Below the pieces are notes generated by a model. The model did not search any database. It saw only the letters and a program-made list of their open reading frames with translations, and was not told the origin of the DNA. A stretch of DNA of 64,000 nucleotides from Bacillus subtilis subsp. subtilis str. 168 (GTDB lineage Bacteria; Bacillota; Bacilli; Bacillales; Bacillaceae), in the NCBI RefSeq assembly GCF_000009045.1, contig NC_000964.3, positions 1 to 64,000 on the forward strand, given 5' to 3'. The position numbers and the translations under genes were made by a program. Every line of letters begins with the position of its first letter. The first letter of the stretch is position 1. This document shows positions 17,534 to 26,813 of this stretch, in pieces.

Positions 17534-18865
17534 TTGAACATCAAGAAATGTAAACAGCTACTGATGTCATTGGTTGTGTTAACTCTAGCTGTCACGTGTC
17601 TGGCTCCAATGTCAAAAGCGAAAGCAGCCAGCGATCCAATTGATATCAATGCATCTGCTGCTATTATGATCGAAGCTTCTTCAGGTAAAATTCTTTACAG
17701 TAAAAATGCAGATAAGAGACTGCCAATTGCGAGTATGACAAAAATGATGACAGAGTATCTGTTATTGGAAGCAATTGATCAAGGTAAAGTGAAATGGGAC
17801 CAAACCTATACGCCTGATGACTATGTGTATGAAATTTCCCAAGATAACAGCTTATCAAACGTTCCTCTTCGGAAAGACGGGAAATACACAGTAAAAGAAT
17901 TATATCAAGCTACAGCAATTTATTCTGCAAATGCTGCTGCTATTGCGATTGCAGAAATCGTTGCCGGTTCTGAAACTAAGTTTGTTGAAAAAATGAATGC
18001 AAAAGCAAAAGAACTAGGCTTAACAGATTACAAATTTGTTAACGCAACAGGTCTTGAAAACAAAGATCTTCACGGGCATCAGCCTGAGGGGACAAGCGTA
18101 AATGAAGAAAGTGAAGTTTCTGCAAAGGATATGGCGGTTCTTGCGGATCACTTGATTACTGACTACCCTGAGATACTGGAGACTTCCAGTATCGCCAAAA
18201 CGAAATTCAGAGAAGGCACCGATGATGAAATGGACATGCCGAACTGGAATTTTATGCTGAAGGGGCTTGTCAGCGAGTATAAAAAAGCGACTGTAGACGG
18301 ACTGAAAACAGGTTCTACTGACTCTGCGGGTTCATGCTTTACAGGAACAGCTGAACGCAACGGTATGCGTGTCATCACTGTTGTTTTAAACGCAAAGGGC
18401 AACCTTCATACAGGCCGTTTCGATGAAACGAAAAAAATGTTTGATTATGCTTTCGACAATTTCTCCATGAAAGAAATTTATGCTGAAGGCGATCAAGTAA
18501 AAGGCCATAAAACAATTTCAGTTGATAAGGGTAAAGAGAAAGAAGTAGGCATTGTGACAAACAAGGCGTTCTCTCTTCCTGTCAAAAATGGTGAAGAAAA
18601 GAATTACAAAGCGAAGGTCACACTGAATAAAGACAACTTAACTGCTCCTGTGAAAAAAGGAACCAAGGTTGGGAAGCTGACTGCGGAATACACAGGTGAT
18701 GAAAAGGATTACGGATTCCTTAACAGCGATCTGGCTGGCGTAGACCTTGTTACAAAAGAAAATGTAGAAAAAGCAAACTGGTTTGTTTTGACAATGCGCA
18801 GTATCGGCGGATTTTTTGCCGGAATTTGGGGAAGCATTGTTGATACGGTAACCGGCTGGTTTTAA
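17534..18865 (+). CDS. dacA: D-alanyl-D-alanine carboxypeptidase PBP5
   Basis: TTG start with GGAGG; signal peptide, SxxK (SMTK), SAN, KTG motifs and C-terminal amphipathic anchor. Confidence 0.98.
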   Translation: MNIKKCKQLLMSLVVLTLAVTCLAPMSKAKAASDPIDINASAAIMIEASSGKILYSKNADKRLPIASMTKMMTEYLLLEAIDQGKVKWDQTYTPDDYVYEISQDNSLSNVPLRKDGKYTVKELYQATAIYSANAAAIAIAEIVAGSETKFVEKMNAKAKELGLTDYKFVNATGLENKDLHGHQPEGTSVNEESEVSAKDMAVLADHLITDYPEILETSSIAKTKFREGTDDEMDMPNWNFMLKGLVSEYKKATVDGLKTGSTDSAGSCFTGTAERNGMRVITVVLNAKGNLHTGRFDETKKMFDYAFDNFSMKEIYAEGDQVKGHKTISVDKGKEKEVGIVTNKAFSLPVKNGEEKNYKAKVTLNKDNLTAPVKKGTKVGKLTAEYTGDEKDYGFLNSDLAGVDLVTKENVEKANWFVLTMRSIGGFFAGIWGSIVDTVTGWF

Positions 18866-18872
18866 TCAATTG

Positions 18873-18902
18873 AAAGAGCTCTGATGGATGTTAGGGCTCT
18901 TT
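18873..18902 (+). terminator. Putative terminator after dacA
   Basis: AGAGCTCT...AGGGCTCT-TT; short U-tract. Confidence 0.55.
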
Positions 18903-19061
18903 CGCGTAATATACTGAAAAAACCCAATTTTTAATAAAAAATGATTTTCAAAGCGCTAAAAACCGAATAAAATAGTATATATGCATATGAATTATTGGAT
19001 TTCTAGGATACAATAAGGATTAGAAATCATATAACTATACCTTGATTAGGGGGACCAAGAA

Positions 19062-19946
19062 ATGGCTCAAACAGGTACTGAACGTGTAAAACGCGGAATG
19101 GCAGAAATGCAAAAAGGCGGCGTCATCATGGACGTCATCAATGCGGAACAAGCGAAAATCGCTGAAGAAGCTGGAGCTGTCGCTGTAATGGCGCTAGAAC
19201 GTGTGCCAGCAGATATTCGCGCGGCTGGAGGAGTTGCCCGTATGGCTGACCCTACAATCGTGGAAGAAGTAATGAATGCAGTATCTATCCCGGTAATGGC
19301 AAAAGCGCGTATCGGACATATTGTTGAAGCGCGTGTGCTTGAAGCTATGGGTGTTGACTATATTGATGAAAGTGAAGTTCTGACGCCGGCTGACGAAGAA
19401 TTTCATTTAAATAAAAATGAATACACAGTTCCTTTTGTCTGTGGCTGCCGTGATCTTGGTGAAGCAACACGCCGTATTGCGGAAGGTGCTTCTATGCTTC
19501 GCACAAAAGGTGAGCCTGGAACAGGTAATATTGTTGAGGCTGTTCGCCATATGCGTAAAGTTAACGCTCAAGTGCGCAAAGTAGTTGCGATGAGTGAGGA
19601 TGAGCTAATGACAGAAGCGAAAAACCTAGGTGCTCCTTACGAGCTTCTTCTTCAAATTAAAAAAGACGGCAAGCTTCCTGTCGTTAACTTTGCCGCTGGC
19701 GGCGTAGCAACTCCAGCTGATGCTGCTCTCATGATGCAGCTTGGTGCTGACGGAGTATTTGTTGGTTCTGGTATTTTTAAATCAGACAACCCTGCTAAAT
19801 TTGCGAAAGCAATTGTGGAAGCAACAACTCACTTTACTGATTACAAATTAATCGCTGAGTTGTCAAAAGAGCTTGGTACTGCAATGAAAGGGATTGAAAT
19901 CTCAAACTTACTTCCAGAACAGCGTATGCAAGAACGCGGCTGGTAA
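19062..19946 (+). CDS. pdxS: PLP synthase subunit PdxS
   Basis: [16 protein letters not shown] and [13 protein letters not shown] motifs. Confidence 0.99.
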
Positions 19947-19967
19947 GAACATAGGAGCGCTGCTGAC

Positions 19968-20558
19968 ATGTTAACAATAGGTGTACTAGGACTTCAAGGA
20001 GCAGTTAGAGAGCACATCCATGCGATTGAAGCATGCGGCGCGGCTGGTCTTGTCGTAAAACGTCCGGAGCAGCTGAACGAAGTTGACGGGTTGATTTTGC
20101 CGGGCGGTGAGAGCACGACGATGCGCCGTTTGATCGATACGTATCAATTCATGGAGCCGCTTCGTGAATTCGCTGCTCAGGGCAAACCGATGTTTGGAAC
20201 ATGTGCCGGATTAATTATATTAGCAAAAGAAATTGCCGGTTCAGATAATCCTCATTTAGGTCTTCTGAATGTGGTTGTAGAACGTAATTCATTTGGCCGG
20301 CAGGTTGACAGCTTTGAAGCTGATTTAACAATTAAAGGCTTGGACGAGCCTTTTACTGGGGTATTCATCCGTGCTCCGCATATTTTAGAAGCTGGTGAAA
20401 ATGTTGAAGTTCTATCGGAGCATAATGGTCGTATTGTAGCCGCGAAACAGGGGCAATTCCTTGGCTGCTCATTCCATCCGGAGCTGACAGAAGATCACCG
20501 AGTGACGCAGCTGTTTGTTGAAATGGTTGAGGAATATAAGCAAAAGGCACTTGTATAA
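19968..20558 (+). CDS. pdxT: PLP synthase glutaminase subunit PdxT
   Basis: GVLGLQG, PGGEST, GTCAG nucleophile and FHPE triad. Confidence 0.99.
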
Positions 20559-20563
20559 AACAG

Positions 20564-20845
20564 TTGAAAGCTGTGGAAACTTATAGTACATTATAAGCAC
20601 AAATAAAGATCGAAAAGCGTTGATAGGAACTAGTAGGGAGCCTCTCTTTCTAAGAGAGCCGATGGTTGGTGCGAATCGGTGAAAGATGCTGTCTGAATCC
20701 ATCCTTGAGCGAAATGCTGAAGCGAGTAGGCATTTACGGGATAACCGTTATGTTTGAAAGTGGAAAACGAGTCTTTGATTTGTTTTCAATCAGGGTGGCA
20801 ACGCGAGAGCTCTCGTCCCTTTATGGGGATGAGGGCTCTTTTTAT
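20564..20845 (+). promoter_or_regulatory. serS sigmaA promoter and Ser T-box riboswitch
   Basis: TTGAAA-17-TACATT (20564-20592); stem I with specifier TCC (20698-20700); T-box CAGGGTGGCAACGCG (20791-20805); terminator 20806-20845 with U-tract. Confidence 0.93.
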
Positions 20846-20879
20846 TTTCGATAAATCAATAAAAAAAGGAGTGTTTCGC

Positions 20880-22157
20880 ATGCTTGATACGAAAATGCTG
20901 AGAGCAAATTTTCAAGAAATTAAAGCAAAGCTTGTACACAAAGGCGAAGACTTAACTGATTTTGATAAGTTTGAGGCGCTGGATGATAGACGAAGAGAGC
21001 TTATCGGCAAGGTTGAAGAGTTAAAAGGAAAACGAAATGAAGTTTCTCAGCAGGTTGCTGTGCTGAAGCGTGAGAAAAAAGACGCGGATCACATTATTAA
21101 AGAAATGCGTGAAGTCGGCGAGGAAATTAAAAAGCTCGATGAAGAATTACGGACAGTGGAAGCTGAGCTTGATACAATCCTGCTCTCAATCCCGAATATT
21201 CCGCATGAGTCTGTACCTGTCGGTGAAACAGAAGACGACAACGTAGAAGTGCGTAAATGGGGTGAAAAGCCTTCATTTGCTTATGAGCCGAAGCCGCACT
21301 GGGATATTGCGGATGAGCTGGGTATTCTGGATTTTGAACGTGCTGCCAAAGTAACAGGAAGCCGTTTCGTGTTCTATAAAGGCTTAGGTGCTCGTCTGGA
21401 GCGTGCGCTTTATAACTTTATGCTTGATCTGCATGTGGATGAGTATAACTACACTGAAGTGATCCCGCCATATATGGTAAACCGCGCAAGCATGACGGGA
21501 ACGGGGCAGCTTCCTAAATTTGAAGAGGATGCATTTAAAATCAGAGAAGAAGATTATTTCTTAATTCCAACGGCGGAAGTGCCGATTACAAACATGCATC
21601 GCGATGAAATCCTTTCAGGTGACAGCCTGCCGATCAACTATGCGGCATTCAGTGCTTGCTTCCGTTCTGAAGCTGGTTCAGCAGGACGTGACACACGCGG
21701 ATTAATTCGTCAGCACCAATTTAATAAAGTTGAGCTTGTAAAGTTTGTGAAGCCTGAAGATTCTTATGAAGAATTAGAGAAACTTACAAACCAAGCAGAA
21801 CGGGTTCTTCAGCTGCTTGAGCTTCCATACCGTGTCATGAGCATGTGTACGGGTGACTTAGGCTTTACGGCTGCGAAAAAATACGATATCGAAGTTTGGA
21901 TTCCAAGCCAAGACACATATCGAGAAATCTCTTCTTGCAGCAACTTCGAAGCGTTCCAGGCGAGACGTGCGAATATTCGTTTCAGACGTGAAGCGAAAGG
22001 CAAGCCTGAGCATGTACACACACTGAACGGCTCAGGACTGGCGGTTGGAAGAACAGTTGCTGCTATCTTAGAAAATTATCAGCAGGAAGACGGAAGCGTT
22101 GTGATTCCGAAAGTGCTTCGTCCTTATATGGGGAATAGAGAAGTAATGAAACCGTAA
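20880..22157 (+). CDS. serS: Seryl-tRNA synthetase
   Basis: SD AAAGGAG, ATG 20880; N-terminal coiled coil, [14 protein letters not shown] and TLNGSGLA class II motifs. Confidence 0.99.
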
Positions 22158-22165
22158 ATTATGGA

Positions 22166-22194
22166 AAGGCGTGCCTGACAAGGTGCGCCTTTTT
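22166..22194 (+). terminator. Terminator after serS
   Basis: AAGGCGTGCCT-gaca-AGGTGCGCCTT-TTT. Confidence 0.85.
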
Positions 22195-22246
22195 GCTTAT
22201 GTAAACACGGCATTTTCATAAAAACAAAAAAAGTTTTTAAAAATGC

Positions 22247-22276
22247 TTGACCACACGAGAACATACGTGATATAGT
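22247..22276 (+). promoter_or_regulatory. sigmaA promoter of tRNA-Ser
   Basis: TTGACC, 18 bp, TGa-TATAGT, preceded by an A/T-tract UP element. Confidence 0.7.
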
Positions 22277-22291
22277 TAGTCTTGTCGATAC

Positions 22292-22384
22292 GGAGGAATA
22301 CCCAAGTCCGGCTGAAGGGATCGGTCTTGAAAACCGACAGGGGTGTCAAAGCCCGCGGGGGTTCGAATCCCTCTTCCTCCGCCA
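22292..22384 (+). tRNA. trnSL-Ser1: tRNA-Ser (anticodon TGA), class II
   Basis: GGAGGAA/TTCCTCC acceptor stem, G discriminator, CCA; TCGGT-CT-TGA-AA-ACCGA; long variable arm. Confidence 0.98.
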
Positions 22385-22434
22385 TATTGATTTTAATTCT
22401 AATGAAACACAAGCATATATTGGAGATTGTTTTG

Positions 22435-22463
22435 TCCGTTGCATTCGGTGCGGCGGATTTTTT
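22435..22463 (+). terminator. Terminator after tRNA-Ser
   Basis: TCCGTTGCA-ttcgg-TGCGGCGGA-T6. Confidence 0.75.
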
Positions 22464-22472
22464 ATTTTAAAG

Positions 22473-22505
22473 AAAAAGTGAATCTCGACTGAGATTCACT
22501 TTTTT
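22473..22505. terminator. Bidirectional terminator overlapping the dck stop codon
   Basis: AAAAAGTGAATCTC-gact-GAGATTCACTTTTT. Confidence 0.8.
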
Positions 22506-23149
22506 TGATTATCATGAATAACTGAAGCAATTTGATCTACAATATTTTCAATCGAGTTTTCGTCGTTCAGAAGATCATAATCTTCAATGCGAAGTTTTAA
22601 AACAGGGCAGGCATTAAAACCGCTTATCCAGTTCTCGTAGCGTGTATGCATTTCTTCCCAATAAGACCGGCTTGTCTGAAGCTCCATCTCACGGCCGCGT
22701 TGTTCAATCCGGTTTAAAATGTTCTCCAGATCTCCTTCTAAATAGATCAACACATCTGGATGTGGGAAATACGGTGTCATTACCATTGCTTCGAAAAGGC
22801 TTGTGTAAGTCTTATAATCAACCTTTGACATTGTCCCTTTATCAGCATGCATTTTTGCGAAAATTCCTGTATCTTCATAAATCGAACGATCCTGTACAAA
22901 ACCTCCGCCGGCTTCAAAAATTGTTTTCTGTTCTTTGAAGCGTTCAGCTAAGAAGTAAATTTGAAGGTGAAAGCTCCAACGTTCAAAATCATGATAGAAC
23001 TTTTCCAAATATGGATTATGATCGACTTCCTCCAACGATGTTTTAAATCCAAGCCGTTTAGCTAAAGTTTTTGTTAAAGTCGATTTTCCGACACCTACTG
23101 TTCCTGCTACTGTAATAATTGAATTCTTAGGGATATGATGTTCCTTCAT
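22496..23149 (-). CDS. dck: Deoxyadenosine/deoxycytidine kinase
   Basis: P-loop GTVGVGKST, DRSIYED and RGREME lid; its start overlaps the dgk stop by 4 nt. Confidence 0.95.
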   Translation of the reverse strand: MKEHHIPKNSIITVAGTVGVGKSTLTKTLAKRLGFKTSLEEVDHNPYLEKFYHDFERWSFHLQIYFLAERFKEQKTIFEAGGGFVQDRSIYEDTGIFAKMHADKGTMSKVDYKTYTSLFEAMVMTPYFPHPDVLIYLEGDLENILNRIEQRGREMELQTSRSYWEEMHTRYENWISGFNACPVLKLRIEDYDLLNDENSIENIVDQIASVIHDNQKK

Positions 23150-23769
23150 ACGATAAGCTCCTTTACATGGGCGGCAATGCGTTCAAAGTCGCTCTTATTC
23201 AAAACGAAATCCTTTGAATCACCATCTACGGTTAACACTGTAAGTTCAGGGTCTGCTTCCTGCAGCTGCTTGATGGCGACTTCATAATCTGAAATCAGCT
23301 GCTCCAAATAGCTAGTTTCAATTTTTTTCTCAAAGGGGCGCCCGCGTTTTTCAATGCGGTGTAGCAATGTAGGCAGACTGGCCTTTATGTAAATGATGAA
23401 ATTCGGCTTTGGCAGATCATCCGTTAGCAGGTGATATATCTTTTTGTATTTTTCCAGCTGATGTGGAGACAAGGTTCGTTCCGCAAAAATCACATTTTTA
23501 TAAATATGATAATCAGCTATTACAGGCTGTCCCTTTTTTAAAAAGTGATCACTGGTGTCTTCAAGCTGTTTGTATCTGTGACAAAGAAAAAACATCTCGA
23601 GCTGGAAGCTCCATTCCTTTATATTGTCATAAAACTTATCAAGGTACGGGTTATCCTCTACAATCTCATTGATCATAGGGAATCCGAATTTTTGTGAGAG
23701 CATCGTTGCGAGAGTTGTTTTTCCTGCCCCGATAGGACCTTCTATTGCAATAAAAGGGGCTGTATTCAT
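23146..23769 (-). CDS. dgk: Deoxyguanosine kinase
   Basis: P-loop EGPIGAGKT and RGRPFE; paralog of the adjacent dck; SD AAGGAGG. Confidence 0.95.
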   Translation of the reverse strand: MNTAPFIAIEGPIGAGKTTLATMLSQKFGFPMINEIVEDNPYLDKFYDNIKEWSFQLEMFFLCHRYKQLEDTSDHFLKKGQPVIADYHIYKNVIFAERTLSPHQLEKYKKIYHLLTDDLPKPNFIIYIKASLPTLLHRIEKRGRPFEKKIETSYLEQLISDYEVAIKQLQEADPELTVLTVDGDSKDFVLNKSDFERIAAHVKELIV

Positions 23770-23848
23770 CGGAATCCTCCTTATATCTGAAAAACGTGCG
23801 TCAGTTACCGACCTTCATATTGTATCACAACCCTTGGGTGCCCCCATG

Positions 23849-23885
23849 AAAAAAAGACGTTTCCAAATTATCGAAACGTCTTTTT
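23849..23885. terminator. Terminator at the end of yaaH
   Basis: A7-GACGTTTC...GAAACGTC-T5; the yaaH stop codon lies in the loop. Confidence 0.8.
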
Positions 23886-25163
23886 GACAACATTAAATTG
23901 ATCAGACAGCAGCAGCCAGTTTTGTGGAAAGGAAAGACCCAGCTTCCAATAGCTGATGCCTCTTAAATTCAGCTCTTTAATCAGATTGAATTTTGCTTGA
24001 ATCGAGCGGGCATCCTCGAACCATACCTCGTGCCTTCTGTTTTCTGCATCAGTATAGCGGAAGAAAGGAGCTTGAGCGGTTTGGTCATACTGAATGGAAG
24101 CATTGTTCTGATCAGCTATGACAATGGCTTGCTGAGGGCTTACTGCTCTTGCTGGAGTTCCCCCTGCTGTATATGGCAGCGTCCAGTCATATCCATATAA
24201 ATTCTGGCCCATGACAATTTTGTTCGCAGGCATTTCAGTCAAAGCATATTCTATGACATCACGGACAGGTCCAATTGGAGAAACCGCTTGAGGCGGTCCG
24301 CCGCTATAGCCCCATTCATATGTCATGAGAACAACAAAGTCGACAATTTCGCCATGTGCCCTGTAATCATGAGCTTCATACCACCTGCCCTGCTGTGTTG
24401 CACTTGTTTTAGGAGCAAGAGCCGTAGAAATTTCTAAGCCCTCTCGATGGAAAAGATCCCTTGCTTCGCGGAGGAATTGATTATAGGCCTCTCTATCCTG
24501 GGGCCGCAAATATTCAAAGTCGAAATGAATGTCACGGAAGCCATATCTTCTGGCATTCTCGACTATTTCATTTAGAAGCCGTCTTTTTACAGTTTCGTCG
24601 TTCAAAAGGATCCGGCCAAGTTCATCGCTGAATGCCTGGTTTTCTAGGTTCGTTATAATCATCATCAATGTTGTATTTTGACTTTCTGTAATGCTCCTTA
24701 AATTCGTTAAAGGCGGTGCGACTAAGGTTCCGTTCCGCTGTGCCTGGAAGCTGAATGCGCCAAGGTAAGTTAAGTAGGGCGACGCTTCTCTGGCCGCCTG
24801 CTGGAGATTTTCGCTGACTTGATTTCCTCGGGGCTCCAAATAAGCATTTGATTCGATGTCTCGTTTAGGAGCTGGAGGGATGTATAAACGGAAACCAATC
24901 TGAAGCACGGTATTTAACTGGATGCGGTTAACCCTTGCGAGCTCGGCTGCTGTTGTATTGAACTGCCGGGCGATGGATGTCAGGGTATCACCTCGCTTCA
25001 CATCATAGAACTGGCCAGCTATTGGAATGACAATGGTTTGTCCGACAACAAGGCTGTCGGGATTCGGTATTTCATTCGTTTCAGTGATGTCATTTGTGGT
25101 TGTTCTGTATTGTGAAGCGATAGCAGAAAGAGTGTCGCCTTGTTTTACCACATAAATTTGAAT
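23868..25163 (-). CDS. yaaH: Spore cortex-lytic N-acetylglucosaminidase (2 LysM + GH18), YaaH/SleL
   Basis: Two LysM repeats (VKQGDTL, VKRGDTL) and GH18 DIHFDFEY. First canonical start is GTG at 25151; the SD position favours ATT at 25163 (see findings). Confidence 0.95.
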   Translation of the reverse strand: MQIYVVKQGDTLSAIASQYRTTTNDITETNEIPNPDSLVVGQTIVIPIAGQFYDVKRGDTLTSIARQFNTTAAELARVNRIQLNTVLQIGFRLYIPPAPKRDIESNAYLEPRGNQVSENLQQAAREASPYLTYLGAFSFQAQRNGTLVAPPLTNLRSITESQNTTLMMIITNLENQAFSDELGRILLNDETVKRRLLNEIVENARRYGFRDIHFDFEYLRPQDREAYNQFLREARDLFHREGLEISTALAPKTSATQQGRWYEAHDYRAHGEIVDFVVLMTYEWGYSGGPPQAVSPIGPVRDVIEYALTEMPANKIVMGQNLYGYDWTLPYTAGGTPARAVSPQQAIVIADQNNASIQYDQTAQAPFFRYTDAENRRHEVWFEDARSIQAKFNLIKELNLRGISYWKLGLSFPQNWLLLSDQFNVVKKTFR

Positions 25164-25191
25164 GAAAAACGCCTCCTTTCATATCGCTATC

Positions 25192-25219
25192 AATGTATGA
25201 AAGAAAAGCGCTGATCATG
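25192..25219 (-). promoter_or_regulatory. sigmaE-type promoter of yaaH
   Basis: Minus strand CATG...CATACATT, matching the sigmaE -10 CATAcanT, just upstream of the SD. Confidence 0.7.
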
Positions 25220-25220
25220 T

Positions 25221-25766
25221 TTATTTTTCTATAATTTGTTCTTCCGTCGTAATTTCTGCGAAAAGAACATTCTCCATCATGGTTAAGGCGAATTCGTTAT
25301 CTTCGTCACTGTTTGACGCGATACAGTCCTTAGGAATCGTGATGCTGTATTCCCTCATATAAGCGTCATTAGCGGTAAACAGCACGCATATATTGCCGGC
25401 TATACCTGTTATGATAATATGTCTCACCTGCAACTCAGTAAGAAGGGTGTGAAGTGCTGTTTCGTAGAAAGCGGAATGTTTCGGTTTGATTAAAAAATAA
25501 TCAGCATCTACCGGAGCTATCTTTGTGATGATATCCTTGCTTCTTTCATTTGTGCATTCTTGCTGTATGTTTTTAATGTCAGCTTGCCAAAGTCCATAAT
25601 GATCATTGATGTAAATAATCGGCCATTCATTTTGTCTCGCGTGCTCCTTTAATGATAAAATATGAGGAACGATTTTTTCTGTTTTTTTAGCGAGGGTTTC
25701 CCCCATATCGAATTCAAAATTATTGATCATGTCTACAATGAGAAGGGCTTTATCTGCTTTGGACAA
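25221..25766 (-). CDS. yaaI: Isochorismatase-like cysteine hydrolase
   Basis: ALLIVDMIN, KPKHSAF and GIAGNICV motifs; TTG start with AAAGGAG. Confidence 0.93.
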   Translation of the reverse strand: MSKADKALLIVDMINNFEFDMGETLAKKTEKIVPHILSLKEHARQNEWPIIYINDHYGLWQADIKNIQQECTNERSKDIITKIAPVDADYFLIKPKHSAFYETALHTLLTELQVRHIIITGIAGNICVLFTANDAYMREYSITIPKDCIASNSDEDNEFALTMMENVLFAEITTEEQIIEK

Positions 25767-25800
25767 TCGACAGTCTCCTTTCCGTTTCAGTTATAGTTAA

Positions 25801-26337
<537 letters not shown>

Positions 26338-26342
26338 TACGG

Positions 26343-26371
26343 TTGCAATTTTTAGGGGAAACAGATATACT
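26343..26371 (+). promoter_or_regulatory. sigmaA promoter of scr
   Basis: TTGCAA-17-TATACT. Confidence 0.75.
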
Positions 26372-26415
26372 TAAGTGTGCATCGTAATAGATGCAACATA
26401 AAATTTGATATTTAT

Positions 26416-26686
26416 TTTGCCGTGCTAAGCGGGGAGGTAGCGGTGCCCTGTACCTGCAATCCGCTCTAGCAGGGCCGAATCCCTTCTCGAGGTTCGTTTA
26501 CTTTAAGGCCTGCCTTAAGTAAGTGGTGTTGACGTTTGGGTCCTGCGCAATGGGAATTCATGAACCATGTCAGGTCCGGAAGGAAGCAGCATTAAGTGAA
26601 ACCTCTCATGTGCCGCAGGGTTGCCTGGGCCGAGCTAACTGCTTAAGTAACGCTTAGGGTAGCGAATCGACAGAAGGTGCACGGTA
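26416..26686 (+). ncRNA. scr: Small cytoplasmic RNA (large bacterial SRP RNA with Alu domain); precursor approx. 26379-26732
   Basis: Conserved domain IV GTCAGGTCCGGAAGGAAGCAGC (26569-26590); 5' GCCGTGC pairs with 3' GCACGGT; typical position upstream of dnaX. Confidence 0.96.
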
Positions 26687-26707
26687 AATCAATCATCAAA
26701 TTTTCAG

Positions 26708-26734
26708 ACTCACCTAATATTAGGTGAGTTTTTT
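26708..26734 (+). terminator. scr terminator
   Basis: Perfect 22-bp palindrome ACTCACCTAATATTAGGTGAGT followed by a T-tract. Confidence 0.85.
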
Positions 26735-26752
26735 GTTATGTAAAAAGAGCTT

Positions 26753-26781
26753 TTGGAATCGAAACAAGGTTCATGTATAAT
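26753..26781 (+). promoter_or_regulatory. sigmaA promoter of dnaX-yaaK-recR
   Basis: TTGGAA-17-TATAAT; a LexA-box-like sequence sits in the spacer. Confidence 0.7.
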
Positions 26782-26813
26782 GGGAATGATGAATAACGGA
26801 GGAGGGCAAACCC

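Noticed and set aside
19381-19394. TGACGCCGGC in pdxS as a RacA ram site
   Set aside because: Only 10 of 14 positions match TGACGCCGGCGTCA, and the palindrome is broken.
22258-22271. GAACATACGTGA in the tRNA-Ser promoter as a LexA box
   Set aside because: Two mismatches in the right half-site core, and no biological rationale.
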